Shown: piece after piece, positions 41,901 to 55,638 of the stretch | Numbering within the stretch: the first letter of the stretch is position 1 | Layout: each line of letters starts with the position of its first letter | NCBI GenBank assembly: GCA_001643675.2 | Contig: LSRY02000052.1 | Span: forward strand, 186,001-250,000 | From: Monocercomonoides exilis PA203 | Taxonomy: Eukaryota; Protista; Preaxostyla | Direction of reading: 5' to 3' | DNA: 64,000 nucleotides | Position numbers and translations under genes: made by a program | The notes under the pieces: generated by a model | What the model saw: only the letters and a program-made list of their open reading frames with translations | Databases searched by the model: none | What the model was told of the DNA's origin: nothing

Positions 41901-44900
41901 TCCACTACATTCTCAAATGATCCTACATCAATAACACCTGCTCCAATTCCTTCGTTTGTGATGTTGGCAAATGAACACCCAACAACCCTCAAAACAGGTT
42001 TATTGCCATTTAAATGTCTGTTTCTTTCATTATTTATTTGGTTTTCGTCTATCATCGAAATCAAGCTTCTTTTTTTCACATCGGCAAATGAAATGTTCAC
42101 ATTCTGAACAGTCACCTCAGCTGCACTTGGCCTGAAAGCAATCAACCCTTTCAACTCTGAAATCAAACTCAACGAACACCTCTCAACAACAACGCTCCCT
42201 CCATTAACTCTCATCAGGCAACACGCAAAACTTTCCACCATCCCACCAGCTGACCCAAATGAACAATCTGTAACCGACAAGAATGCATTTGTTCCTGATG
42301 ATTCAATAAATGTATTACGCTGCACTACAATATTTGGACTTGTGAATGACATGTTTATAAAAGATAAAATCAAATTGGATGATATCATTGCGTTATTGCT
42401 TGAATTATTCTCATCTTCATCATTAATTAGCATTGCAGTGTCTCTCATTGCTCCTTTTATCAAAATTTTTGGAAATTCCAGATCTGAAGATGTTTGCAAT
42501 AAATATAAAAATGAAATGGAATGGCTCAGCAATCCAGAACCCGCAATATTGATGAGCGTTTCGCCTTCTCCAAGCGTTGCATATCGAAGAGATATTAGGT
42601 AATCAATTGATGAACATGGCGCGACAGAATATCCGCATTCACTGAAATCTCCTCCTTTTTCTTTCGAAACATAACCGATTCCACTCCAATAGTTCCACAA
42701 ATATACAACAAGTGGAATAACATACCTCTCTCCCGTGCTCATCCTTTCAAAACCACAGAGTTCATCTAATGATCCAACTTCCTCTGAACTCATCTTCCAT
42801 TTAAAGTGCACAAAATCAACAATTGTTTGCAAATACCAACCTGATACAAAAATATTATTTCCTCTCATGTGAGCCTTGCAATCCAAGAACTCAACACTTG
42901 AGACCACAAAATTATGCGAGTTTTCCTTCAGCCATAGCATCATTCCTCCTCCATGTTCACTGCACTTGCATCTGGAGAATTTTGTTGTTTCGCTTGTCTG
43001 TGTTGATGAAATCCCTGCCTGCAGCTTGCTTGTAGATGATTCCAACTTGACTTTGATCCCACCACCACTACCATCCTCGCACTCGCAATTTTCAATAGTT
43101 GTGTTGCAGACAACGAACGTCTCCTCTTTATCCACAATCTTAGCCACAACCACTCCGTCACCTTTCATCAGCTTCACATTCATCACAGTCACATTCGCAA
43201 GCACGCTCTCTCTCAATGTAGTGGAAGTCAGATACAGTGAAGATAAAGACAATGAAAACGATGTTGATGAGATAGGTTCAGAGAACAATGGTTTTGAAAT
43301 ACACATATCTTTGATCTCTACATCAATCATTGATAGCTGTGACAGCGGCACCACAAAAACTGACGAAGATATCACATTCCATCCAGTATTACTCATGGTG
43401 ATCACAATATTCTCCAACGAGAGTGACCCACTCCCACCAGATATCACAACCAAACTCGGCGAGGAATCTGCTGTTGAATTGCAATCGACCTTCAAGTGTC
43501 TCATTCCCAAATGGCCACTCGTCGCACTAAAAAGTGCTTCTGTTGTTTGAGAAGAGGAAAATGATTTTGTACCAATTATACTCGCTTCCCTTCCTCTTCC
43601 AATGATAATGATCTTCTTTGATTTAATATCAATTGTTGAAGTTTCACTTTGATGCTGCCCTTCCATCAAAGTTATTACAATATTCATTTGTATTTCACTC
43701 ATCTTAAATGCCTTCTTCACAGTCTTGCATGGAAATGTCTCATTAACCCCGCATGGTTCATGTGCATCATTCCCATCAACAGAAACAAAAATCGTCTTTA
43801 ACTTTAGCCAATCCTTCTTTTCTGAAAGCTGATGTAACCAGGAACCATCTATATAACGATTATATGTGTAGCAAACCCTCCTGACATCTGTATTTGTGGT
43901 ATAACATTCATAGAATGGATTTTTAGAGTCCAAATAGGTAGCATAACCATCTTCATGCTGAACATCATGACCATACGGTGGGTTTTCCAAGCATTTACAA
44001 TCGAAAAAATAAAGGAAAAAAAAATACACGCTATTATTTCTTAAAATTGCATAAGTCAGGCCCAATTTCAATCCTCCTCCATATGAATTTGCAAAACAAG
44101 AATAAAAAAGAATATTTTTGACTTTGAAACTTTCTGGAGAACCTGTACAAAACATCCCTCCGCCTTGTGTTCCTGAAAGTGAGCATGAAGTGAAATTGCT
44201 ATCATGCAAGCACGTATTTTCACTTCCTTCATTTTCTGCTCCAATGCAGTCCGTTCCTGAAAATTGAAAAGCAAAAAGATAAATCCCTCCTCCTTTATCA
44301 ACTGCTTGACATTTCAGGAATTCACATCCGCTAATCCTGACACATGTAGTTATATTAAAAGCAAAAATTCCACCTGCAGAACTTCTTTGAGCAATGCATG
44401 AATTGAATGAGCTATTTTCCGAAATAATTGAATTTATATGCTCGCAATTGATTGCTCCTCCATCATGATGTGCACGACAATCGTTGAATATACAATAAGA
44501 AACGAAAAGTTTTCCAGATTGCAGAACGCTCATGAAAATTGCTCCACCACTCGTTGTTCCGCTGCTATATGATATATCACCTTCGGTTGTTCTCGATCCA
44601 CTCCACTCACACCAAATGAATGTATTTGTTCCATTAGTTGTTTGGTTTTGTCTCCATGGATATTCTTTGTTTTCTTCACTTCCAATGAATTCAACATTCC
44701 TTGTCCGGAAGCATCCAATAAATGAGGCGTTCGAAACAGATAAGGAAGCCAAGGGGTTGTTGAGTGAAGGAACAATCCCACCATCATATACATCACAGAC
44801 AGACCAAAATGAGCAACTGCTCATTATACAATTTGTTTGGGAAAAGAAAGTGGTTGAAGGTGAGCATGCATCATTTGCTGTTGAGATATTGAAAAATGTG

Positions 44901-45442
44901 AGTTTGGAGAGGGATACAAGGGGTATTGAAGGGGATGACAGGAATGGGGCTGATGAGACACAAAAAGAAGAGAAGTGTGATTCGCTCACCGAAATACTCC
45001 CTTCAATGCCTTCTCCATATCCATCTCCTTCTCTTCCTCTTCCTCTTCCTCTTTCTCCTTCACCTTCTTTTTCTTCACCTCCACCCTTCTCTCTTCCATA
45101 TCCCTTCCCTCCAAACAGCCTGCCTGAATAGATCTCTTCCCCTCTTCTCCACCCTTTCAATGTGATGTTCCTCAACACCCCGATGCACCCGCTCAGATCA
45201 AATGCCCCTTCCTCATTGTCCTTTCCCATCCCCACAACACACTCACTCATAACAGCCACACTCCACTTCCTTCCACACATTAATCTCCCACATTTACCCC
45301 CAACCAGCTCTATCCACTTCAGCTCAATCGACGAATTCCAAACCTGAACACGACCACTAAACACACTTTTCCTCTGTCCTCTTTTTTCGCATAATTCAAT
45401 CCCTTCAATTCCTAACATTATCAAAAAAATTGTGTCGATCAT
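38913..45442 (-). pseudogene. Large type-I membrane protein (Cys/Gly-rich beta-helix-like ectodomain, TM, degenerate kinase C-lobe), interrupted by a 1-bp frameshift near 41135
   Basis: The two ORFs overlap by 4 nt. Adding one base gives ..FESSHNYLMKVKNG... Signal-like MIDTIFLIMLG, repeated F..C.A...GGGI motifs, TM WSIVVIVMMAVLFLMFGFIFVVVVVIL, and C-terminal RWKAPE..VFTLGLILHEMTAGEVP..MWADEPNERPT. Could be an intact gene with a sequencing error. Confidence 0.8.
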
Positions 45443-45992
45443 CCTTTTGAAATTATCAAGAAAATTTGTTGAGAATAAATATTGTTGATCAAAAATGATC
45501 GTCAATCCCTTATTCAATAAAAATATCACTGCATATTTGGAACGAAAATTTTAGCAATCTGAATTTTGTTTCATTCTTCTCTATAGACCTCTGCGACAAG
45601 TGGAAATTTTCGTCACCAACTGACACAGGTGACCGACATGTTCATTTTTTTTCTTTTGATCATAAATTATTTTTTAAAATTCTGATTTTTTTTGTTTTCT
45701 TTTTGAAAATAAATTTGCTCTTTTTAGATAATGAAGTTTTTCTGAAATAGAAAGAAATATATTTTGTTGATAATTGAAACAAAAATATCGGTGAATAAAG
45801 CAATGATAATGGTTTAGTGACAAGATCAGTGAAATTTGGAATTTTAAAATCCGCTGGAAGTCACTTTTGTCGCTGACATTTCATCAAGTCAGTGAATTGA
45901 TTCAGTTCGAAAAAGAAACAAAATTGCATTATAGTATGTTTCGCTTCGAAAATGTTTCTAATTTCACTTTTTTGTCAGTTAATACCAAAATA

Positions 45993-48234
45993 CCATCGTT
46001 CTAAAACCCGGTACTTTTTCTAATACCCGGACTAAACAAAAATATATCACATTTTTATTTCGCAATCATTCCTGAAATTTGTTCATCCATATTCAGATAA
46101 TCGTTCTCTAAATTCAAACAGTTGGATTTCATTGTATTTTTTCATTTTATGTCAATGATTGCCTAAAAATTGAAGAAACAACGAAATATTTCAAAGAAGA
46201 CAAACAACAACGTTGCAAATTGTGAAACATGAAGAAATATTCTAAGATTGATTATATGGAATTTATTTATGATGAAACATATTTGATCGAATGAATTTCA
46301 TTTCCTTTTTTAAAATTTCATTATTTTAGTCGAAAGATCAAAACCATAAAGATGACAAACCATTGCGAACTTTCTGCATCAGACCTTCAAAAAAAATTGG
46401 CATGTGCTGAAATTAGGAAATTGGGCAGCATTTCAAAGAAAATTTTTGAAATCAAAAAGAATAATGTTGTGTCACCTCATGTGGCAATCGGATCTGGAAT
46501 AATTTCAAAAGGCTCTTGGTATCGAGGAGTGAATGCACAGAAGAATAACAGAGAAGTGGGAATCAATGGAAGACCTTCCATTATTACAGACTCAATGATT
46601 GAAACAATAGAAAACAAAACGCTTGTTATGCTGTCAGAAGGGAAGGTTGTTCGAGTAAAAGATATCTACAAAATGGTTTGAAATTAAAATTTCTTATTTC
46701 TTTTAATTTTTTTTTATTATTCAGATGAAAGATTATTATGAAGAAAACTCTAAGGAAAAAACAAAAATAAAATTTCCATGTATTTCAGCTGCATATTATT
46801 TGATCGATCATAACAAAATACTCAAATCTGCATTATCCAAACCGATGGAACGATCCAAAATGTTGGCACAGTCACCAGATGGTATCCGTAAATGGTTTGA
46901 TCGATTCAAAAATGTTTTGGATACATTCAATATAGGTGAAAACGGGATATTTAATTTCGATGAAACATCTTTGAGATGCGGAGAAAGCTCATGCAAGCTG
47001 TGCGTGTGTTTGAGAAATCAAATTCCTCCGTCACATCCAATTCCCAACAAAACAACAAATTCGACTCTTTGTGTCTGTGTTTGTGCTGATGGATCGTCTT
47101 TGCCTTCTTTTCTTCTGTATTCCAGTCGAAAGCTTCCAGTAGAATTTCGAACCCTAACGTCATTCAACATACGCTTTATCTCATCATCTTCGGGATGGAT
47201 AAATTCATCAATCTTTGAAACGATCATGATTTCCCATTGGATTCCTTCGATTAAAACAAAAATGAAACTCTTAAATATGCCAAAAGCTGTTTTCCTTCTT
47301 GATAACCATCCTTCTCACATCAATGAAAAAGTTGAGAAATGCGCAGATAAACAAGGAATAATAATGATGAGATTTCCTCCAAATCTCACTCATCTTCTTC
47401 AGCCATGCGACAGCAGCATATTTGCAAGATTTAAAAAGACTTTTAATGACAATTTCAACCCACCGCAACCACATTCTTCCTCTTCGTTTCGAAGTGAATT
47501 AGCAAAAGTTCTTCCTGAAGCACTCACTTCTTCAACATCTCCATCAACAATAAAAAGCGCGTTTCAGAAAACTGGTATTTGGCCTGTGATGGCAGCACCT
47601 GTTCTGTCAAGAGTTTCTGGTTCACCCATTTCGCAGAGAACAGAAGAAAAATCAAACTGGGACTCGGAGTTGTATGGAAAATATTCTCCCACAAACAAAA
47701 GGATAAAAACAAGAACAAGCCATATGGATCGCAGCAACATGAAGCCAGTAGAAAGTGAGGAAACATCTGTTTCAAATTTTCAAGACAGAAAGGATGACAG
47801 CATTCCTGTGAAAATGCGCACAAAAAAAGTGAAACAATACAGAAATCAGTTAAGGAAATTGCTGAGCAACATAAATGAGCCAAATGAAAAGAGTATGAAT
47901 TATGAGAAATCATCAAACAAATATGAATTGAGAGAAAGAAAAGTTAAGAAAAAGCGACTTTTAATTTCGTACGATGATGATGCAAACTTTGCGAAGAATT
48001 TCAGTACTATTTAGATTTTTACTGTTCAATCCAATTCAATTAACTTCTTGAAAAAGTGTGTGTGTTTTGGCTTTTTCATGATTAAATATAAAGATTGTCA
48101 TTAATCAGGATGTTTTGATTTTTTATTCAAAAAAGATTATCAAAATTCACTTCAAACTTGAAGAAATTTTGTGTGAATAATCATAGAAGAATATTCCCTA
48201 GTTTTAGAAAAAGTACTGGGTTTTAGAACGATGG
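45993..48234 (+). mobile_element. Autonomous pogo/Fot-like (DD35D) DNA transposon, family A
   Basis: 31-bp TIR CCATCGTTCTAAAACCC(G/A)GTACTTTTTCTAA with one mismatch, TA TSD (45991-45992, 48235-48236) and an internal transposase. Confidence 0.95.
46352..48014 (+). CDS. pogo-like DDE_1 transposase, 2 exons (46352-46675, 46725-48014), 537 aa
   Basis: GRP AT-hook-like motif and catalytic FNFDETS / LLDNHPSH / LLQPCD with 35 residues between D2 and D3. The intron is 49 nt, phase 0, GTTTG..CAG. Confidence 0.93.
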
Positions 48235-49449
48235 TATTTCATTTTTCAGATATTGAACCTCCATTTTTCAGTGAAAGAAGCAAATTCAAACTTTTAAAAA
48301 AGGTGATATTGAATAAAAATAGAAGTGTAATTTCGTTTCTGAAAAGCAGTTAGTTATAGACAGTTCATTTTTTCTAAGTTTTTTCATTCACTGTTTGATT
48401 TTCTTTCTTTGAATGCGGCTTCATATATTGAAAATTACATCATCATGAATAAATAAAATAAATATCCATTGAATGTGCCTCTTGAAGTTTTCAATTACTC
48501 GCTCAGGATCACAACAAACTCATCGATGATAGTGGAAAGGAAAAAATGGCAGGCAAAAGCGTAAAGTTTTCCAAATTGAGGGGTAAAATTGATATTTGAT
48601 GATGGAAGAAACATGTGGATATTCATCTTTGGAAAAGAATGAGTTTATTCACGCGAATGAAATCAATTTATTGAGCTAATAACATCAATTATGATATGAT
48701 TGCCGGATTTATTTCGTTGAATATGGAACTTCAATGGATTTATTATAATTCAATAACTGCGTCAATCTTGTGAAAATCATGTTTTCATTTTGAAATCGCT
48801 GGCAAAGCGATTAATTAATTTTATATTCATCCAACTATTTAAAATTCTTGACCCCTATTGCTTGATTCACAAGAGTTTCAATATTTTTTTCTTCTTCTAA
48901 TTTAAAGATTGTTTTCTTTCAGGATTTCTCTCCTTCCTATTGTTGTGTGAAAAAACGAAGATTCCATGGAAAGAGTGGAAAATACTTAAAGAAAGAAAAA
49001 ACAATTGAAAAGAGCAGAGAAAAGTCACTGGAATAAAATGAAATTATTATCGGAAAAAGGTGAAAGAAAGAACGCACCATTCATCATGGATCATTTCAAA
49101 AAAGTTTTCTGCAGGCGAAAAAATCAGATGAAACAATCATATAAATTAGATTTTTTATCAAAGAAAATGCGTTGAAATTTCACTTCTTTTTTTTTTTGAA
49201 ATTGAAATAGCATAATGAATCTCATTAAAATATTTTAGTGATTATTTTCCATTTTGTCAAGCGATAAAAAAAGAATAGTTTATTTTTATTTTTATTTTTA
49301 TTATTATTATTTTTTTGCAACAATATTATATGAAATGAGCTGGTAGAACATTTACGAAATTATCATAAACATTCAAATATTACACATGATAATATCGTCT
49401 GTTTGGAAAATCAAAAAAAAATTCATTTAAATATATATTCATATCTTCG

Positions 49450-50700
49450 TGAACTTCTTCTTCCTTCTTTTCGGAAACTTAACTTTTGATTGGGTTTCTT
49501 TTCATTTCTTCTATTTCTTCTTTCTTCTTTTGTTTCAATTTCCTTGAAAACTTCATAAAATACCCCAGTTATCCAATGACGTTTCGTCATTCAACGAAGG
49601 CTGCTGATTTTCCTCAAAGAAATATCAATTTCTCCCACTTTCATCTTGTGATCTACATTCACAGCTCTGTTAATCACAACTTCTCTAAATAAATAAATAA
49701 ACTGAACGAACTTTTTCCTGTAATTATCCTTTGCTATTCGAAATGCCTGAACAATACTGCTGATATTCCACAAATTCTTCATTCCACAAATTGCGAAGGA
49801 GAAAAATGGACTTTTAGGTCTGGATTCTTCTCAAAATAAATAAATAAAACAAATAAACAAATAAACAAACAAACAAACAAACAAATAAACTCTTCTTTCG
49901 TTTCTTTTCTTCTTTTCTCCTCAAACCTTGTTTTTCCATAATTCTAAAAATTCTCTCCTTGCATCTCTCCCAACGTGCAGCTCATCGCAATCCCACTTCC
50001 CCAGTTTTCATCGTTGACCAAACAGACAATCAAAAATCCTAACGCAAACAAGAAGCCGAACATCGTCAGGTTGCGACATCTTTCGTGATGTTCTTTGATT
50101 TCCTTTATCACTTCAAGATACAGCTCTTTTTCATATTTCTGTTCAAAAATAAACAAGATATCGACAAATTTCAAAAGCAATTCAAAAAGGAAAATTAAAT
50201 AATTGGAATATATAAAATATCTTAATAAAAATTATGAAAATAAAAAACCGTTATTGTCATAAGCAACTCAAGGCCATCAAAGTCATTTTTCCTTCTTTTC
50301 GAACTTTCTCTATTTTCTCTTTCTTCATCACAACATTCAGAAAACATGACACATAAATCGATAATAATTAAGAAGATAATCAGTCGAAAAGCATTTGATA
50401 GCTTTCGAAAACTTCAAACAAAAGGTCTGCATCCTTCTCTTGACTTTTCTTCTCATTTTCTTCAAAAATCTTCTTTTGAATTCTATTTCCTAATGATGTT
50501 CCTCAAAAACTTCGAAAATGTGTGTGGTTCGTCTCTTTATAAATACCGATATTCTTTAACATAAAACACATATTTTCCAAAAATACTTTCTTTTCTTCAA
50601 TCATTTTGTGTATTTAAGCGAATAGTTCCTATGTGAAAACGCGAATTATTTCTTCATCATCTTTTAATCAATCATCCATTTCATTGTCTTTATTTGTGTT
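49450..50700 (-). pseudogene. Decayed paralogue of the 6425-7868 family
   Basis: Fragment YEKELYLEVIKEIKEHHERCRNLTMFGFLFALGFL aligns to IYLNEITEIIKHHQENHNLTKLAYQSAWQFL. Surrounding frames are broken and the boundaries are approximate. Confidence 0.65.
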
Positions 50701-51482
50701 TTTATCAATTTCAGTGTTATGCTTCAGCAAAGAAAATTACACTTCAAATTAAGAAACAAACAAAAAATGCAACAAACAATAATGAATGTTCGAATTTAAA
50801 CACAAACCTTTCAACTTTTTTGTGTTATTCGTTTCCTGCATTTTTTCTTATTAAAGCAGCTGGAAAGCAACTGAATTTAGAATAATTTTTATTGCGTTCA
50901 AGATGTTTGGATAGAAGACAGCTGTTCCAAATATAAATTTGAATTATTGATGAGTTATTTGTATTCATTCTACTCTTTAAAACTTTGACCCAATTAATAA
51001 GACATTCTAATAAATAGTTAATTTCCACAACATTATTTTGTAAGTGTGGGTTGAATGATCAATTGTCATTCTTCAAAAATAACAGAACCACACATGCTTT
51101 TTTGATAAATCATAAATTAAAATTGAAGTGGTTTTATCATAAAAAATTAGCAATTTTTATTTGTTCAATTATATTTTATTAAATTTTAATTTTGATTCAA
51201 TTTTTTTTTTCCTTTTCTTTTCTTTTTTTTTTTTTTCTTTCTTTTTTTTTTTATTCAAAATCATTTCAAATGATTCAAAAAAATATTTTTGAAACTTTCA
51301 TTTCAGACTTGCGTCTGCTCTTCATTTCGACTCGATTATCACATTTCAGTACATTCTCAAATATCTGAGAAGTCAAGTGTTTTTAACTTTTATGAACTTT
51401 TTTTTCCAATAACTTTAATCAATCAAACTTTTAACGAAAATGAAATAAAATTACTAAAATAAAAAGCTGATTACTGAAAATA

Positions 51483-51740
51483 TGGGAAATAATTTTTGAA
51501 ATTATATTTTTTCATTCAAAAATTTCGGTGCGTAATTATTTCTTGAATATCAATAAAAAAAATTGAAAAGTTAAAAGGCTTATTGAACACATTTCAATCT
51601 TCAATTCGGAAAAAACATTTGTTTCAAAAAACTATTATCATGCTTTTTCTCTTTTATATTTGTATTTTCTTTCAAATAATCAACAATCTTCGAAAAATCA
51701 ACACCCCGAAAAAATGTATGATTTGAAAAATTATCACCCA
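51483..51740. mobile_element. ~255-bp MITE with TGGGTGAT-type TIR (diverged)
   Basis: TGGGAAATAATTTTTGAAATTATA ... TATGATTTGAAAAATTATCACCCA termini, same length class as 5090-5345. Confidence 0.65.
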
Positions 51741-54037
51741 TATTTTAATTCATTTAAGATATATTGAAAAAAAAAATAAACAAATAATAAAATCTTTGTT
51801 GTCTGTATTCGTTCCATTCAGTTTGCTCCTATCTTTTTTCTTCCTCAAATGATCGATCAGAAGCACAACAAACCGAATGATGCCAGCAAGCAAGAACTGA
51901 ACTTCGCTTGTTCATAAAAAGGATAATTATGAGATTTATATCTGTTGCAGAATTGATTAAAATAGTGTAACTTTTGCAATAAACAAGAAAAACGAAAAAA
52001 AAAAACAAGATAGGAATAAGTTTCATGATAAGATTTTAGGTTACCATAAGATGTCATTATTTCCACAATTTATCCAAGATAGGAGCAAACAAAGCAGACT
52101 TAAGAGAATAATAAGTCGACTTTGCAGGGACTGAGAAAAAGATAATGATGAATATCCGGAGCTCATGATGAAGATTGACATTTTTGTTAAGCAGTTCCAA
52201 TGAATCATATTGAATTGGATTGCCTTTTGAAGTATGGTGCTTGCCATAGTGAAAATTGCTTGCATCAATGGGGAATATAACAAGGAACTGGAAGTGATAT
52301 CCGATATTGCAACAAAGCCGCAGATGGCAATATTGAGAATTCACAGGATTGAAGAGAATTCTGAATGCTGGTGTAATATGAAGCATGATCGGAGGATCTG
52401 GGATGAGAGGAGTTTTCAAGAGAAGCTGCAGGTGCACTTTTGTTCACCAAGTTCGTGTTAACAACAAAGTCACTTTTTCAGCCAGGTTTCTTTTTCTGAA
52501 ACATTCAGATAAAAGTGTCTCAAACAGGATAAAATATTCTCTTTTTTTTGCAGTGGAATTCTGAAGCCCGTTTTCTTCTCCAACTGAGAAGCGTGACAAA
52601 AACGAAGGCAGCCAACAAGTTTTAATGCGAGGTGCTCGTTTCGAGAGATCAACGATTGCAAGAAAATGCATTCAGCGAAATATGAAGTGCTCTTCTTCAG
52701 TTGTTGAATTGGGATGCACCCGCATGTTCTGTATATTCTTTAATAGCCCAAAAGTTGAAAAAGAAAGTCACGCAGCTGTATTGTGGATGAAAGAACAGAA
52801 GACAATACGAATAAAACATTTGTTTTTCCGAATGTGTTTAAAAGAACTTTTAAAACCTTCTGAAGCGATAAATCAGCAGCTTCCTGGTTGGTTGTGACAG
52901 TTGAGGAGATTCCGTTTATAAAATAGTAAAAATTGAGTTTGTCAAATTGAAAAGGCTTCTCATTCTGTCTTGATCATTCTTTTCAAATGGAAGAATGTTC
53001 TTGACCTTTCCCCGCAGAGCAGCGTGTCGCTTGTGCTGTCTTTGTTGCTTCTGTCTCTTCTTCTTAGTCTGCTGCGACACTTCCTTCTCTCAACATTTTT
53101 ATTTTTTTCATTAGCTTAAATCTTTATCTCATTCTGATTTGCTGTTCTCTTTCCCTCTCCTGACATCCACCTTCGTCTCCAGGTGCTTTTCATAGTCAAA
53201 AAAGCTCTTCTTCAACAAGAAGAAGTCAGAGAAGTTCATGAACTTATGCCTGTTTGGCAATGTGTTTTTATTGATTTCAATAATAACCCTCAGTGAAATT
53301 GCCTCCTCACTCGATTCTTTGACCGTTCTGCCTCTTTGGCCTGTTGAGAGTATGATGAACACAAACTCTTTCTATGTGAATTAATTTGTCTTCACTTCAC
53401 AATGCTTTCAAAAGATCTCGTGTTCAAGAAAAGCATTTTTCATTCAGGGTGTGGAAGAAATGGACTCTGCGCCAATGCTTATCTACAAGTTTCTTTCTGT
53501 TGGAAGAAAATCGATTTGAGATTATAAATAATTTGAAAAAGGAAAAGGATGAGATGATCAGAAATTAAAAAAAAGGAAACAATGGAAAAGAAAAGAAAGA
53601 TTATTAATCAGAAAGAAGAAAGGCATTCAATTACTAACAAGTTTGTTTAATGATAATTTATCTCTTCATTCAATAATTCTTTTCAGATCTTCATCATTGT
53701 CATCATATTCTTCTTTATCTTTTTATGTTTTCTTGAAATCCTTTTCGATTCTGTTCATCTAGTGGATATTGCAACTTTGCTCGATTGTTGCTTGAATAAA
53801 AAAAATCCTCATTGTTCCAAAACGACTATCATATATAAAATTATCACAAATTATATAAAATCTTCATCAGCACGATTGACAATTCTACGAGACTTCTATT
53901 CATATTCGTCAAATAAAAAAATTAAATCAATGATACTTTTTATTCCTTTCATGAACCTTTTTCTGTTATTTCCATATATATCACGTTTGCTCACAAAGTA
54001 ATTCAATAAATTAATATTTAGGAATGTTTTCAAAAAA

Positions 54038-54294
54038 TGGGTAATTATTTTCGAAATCATATTATTTCGTTGAAAAATTTCGGTAAAAAAATTTATTTTT
54101 TAAATAAATATCAATAAACAAGAAAAGAAATTCTGTTACAAAAATCATCTCTATCTTTCTTTCATATCAAACAATGTCTTTTGATTCAATTGGATGAACA
54201 AAACATTTCAACAAAAATTTTTGTTTCGAATTCATAAAGTTTTCATAATTATGCACACACCGAAAAAAGTTATGATTTCAAAAATTATCACCCA
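54038..54294 (-). mobile_element. ~255-bp MITE (copy 2, homologous to 5090-5345)
   Basis: Its reverse complement shares TTCGGTGTGTGCATAATTATGAAAA and CAATTGAATCAAAAGACATTGTTTGA with copy 1, with the same TIR. Confidence 0.8.
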
Positions 54295-54622
54295 AATACT
54301 CTTGGATAATGCGTTTTTTTCTTAAATATATGAAAACTGAATTTGTGTTGAACAAAATGTGGGTTTGGGTGAACTATTTAAAAATGCATCACAGATTTAT
54401 TATTTTATGATATTTTTATTCTTTCTTTTTTTCTATTAAATAATGTTTCACTTTGTCAGATCGTGATTAATAACAATTGCTGAAATGGAAACAAAAAGTC
54501 AAAAGAAATAGACGTATTCGACAGATTGATCTGTACGCCCGACTGATCTTTCGACCGAATGATCTTTGTCGTTCGACTGATCTCGACAAAGATATGTCGA
54601 TAACTTATGGAAATTATTAAAT

Positions 54623-54879
54623 ACGGGTGATTATTTTGGAAATCATACCTTTTTTCGGTGTTTTTATTTAAATGAAAATTCATTGTCATTTGCAAAATAA
54701 TTTTCATTCAAATTTAAAATATTTATTTATCGTTTCAAAAGCTGAAGGTTAACTTGAAAAAATAGAAAAGGCATCACAAAATAGCTCTTTCATTACAGGG
54801 TTCATTTGAAAATATTCATAACAAAAATTGAAACAGAAAATTTTGTTAGAAAATATAGGTTCACAAAAATAATCACCCA
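54623..54879. mobile_element. ~255-bp MITE with TGGGTGAT-type TIR (different interior)
   Basis: CGGGTGATTATTTTGGAAATCATA..TTTTTCGGTG ... AAAAATAATCACCCA. Confidence 0.65.
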
Positions 54880-54946
54880 TGTCTATAAAGAAATTATTTG
54901 TTTGTTCGAATCGAGTCAAATTTTTATTTATAATTTATGAAAAATA

Positions 54947-55352
54947 TAGTATGTGTTAATAATGGTGGACACTTTCAATAACTGTGGACAGTTGCATTAT
55001 CTCAACAACCGTTGACAGTTAAATTTTGGCAATAAACCCAAATATTCTCTCATTGAATACAAACTTTTCATTCATTCAAAAATGAAACAACTTGTTTCAA
55101 AGAACGAAGAAAAAATCTATTACTATTTTTGGAGAAACTCAAAGAAATATGATTCGTCTTATATCTCCAAAAATAGAAATAGATTTTTTCTTCGTTCTTT
55201 GAAATAAGTTGTTTCATTTTTGAATGAATGAAAAGTTTGTATTCAATGAAAAAATAGTTGAGCTTATTATCCGAATACAATTTTCAATGGTTGTTGAGAT
55301 AATGCAACTGTCCACAGTTATTGAAAGTGTCCTCTTTTATTCACACTAACTA
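54947..55352. mobile_element. ~405-bp foldback MITE
   Basis: GGACACTTTCAATAACTGTGGACAGTTGCATTATCTCAACAACC and CATTGAATACAAACTTTTCATTCATTCAAAAATGAAACAAC recur inverted, so nearly the whole element is palindromic. TA flanks. Confidence 0.85.
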
Positions 55353-55638
55353 TATAATTCAATACAATCAAAAAAGCAATTTTTGAATTTGAGTGTTTTT
55401 TCGATATCAAAAAATAAAATACAAACTGACTGTAATAGAACTTATTCGAATTTATTTTGTTATATCGCATTAACTTTTTCTTTTTGGTATGAGTTTGATA
55501 TCATTCCAAAAAGATCGACTAAGTTCCAATGTGATTTAGTCACAACCATTGTTTTTTATCATGGGTCCATTTTGATCACAAAAATATTTACACATAAAGG
55601 GTGTGTTTGTTGTTATCATTTTTTGACTGTTTCGATCA

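Noticed and set aside
51800-53800. Cluster of short ORFs on both strands
   Set aside because: Looks like a degraded gene or element, but there is no identifiable domain or boundary.
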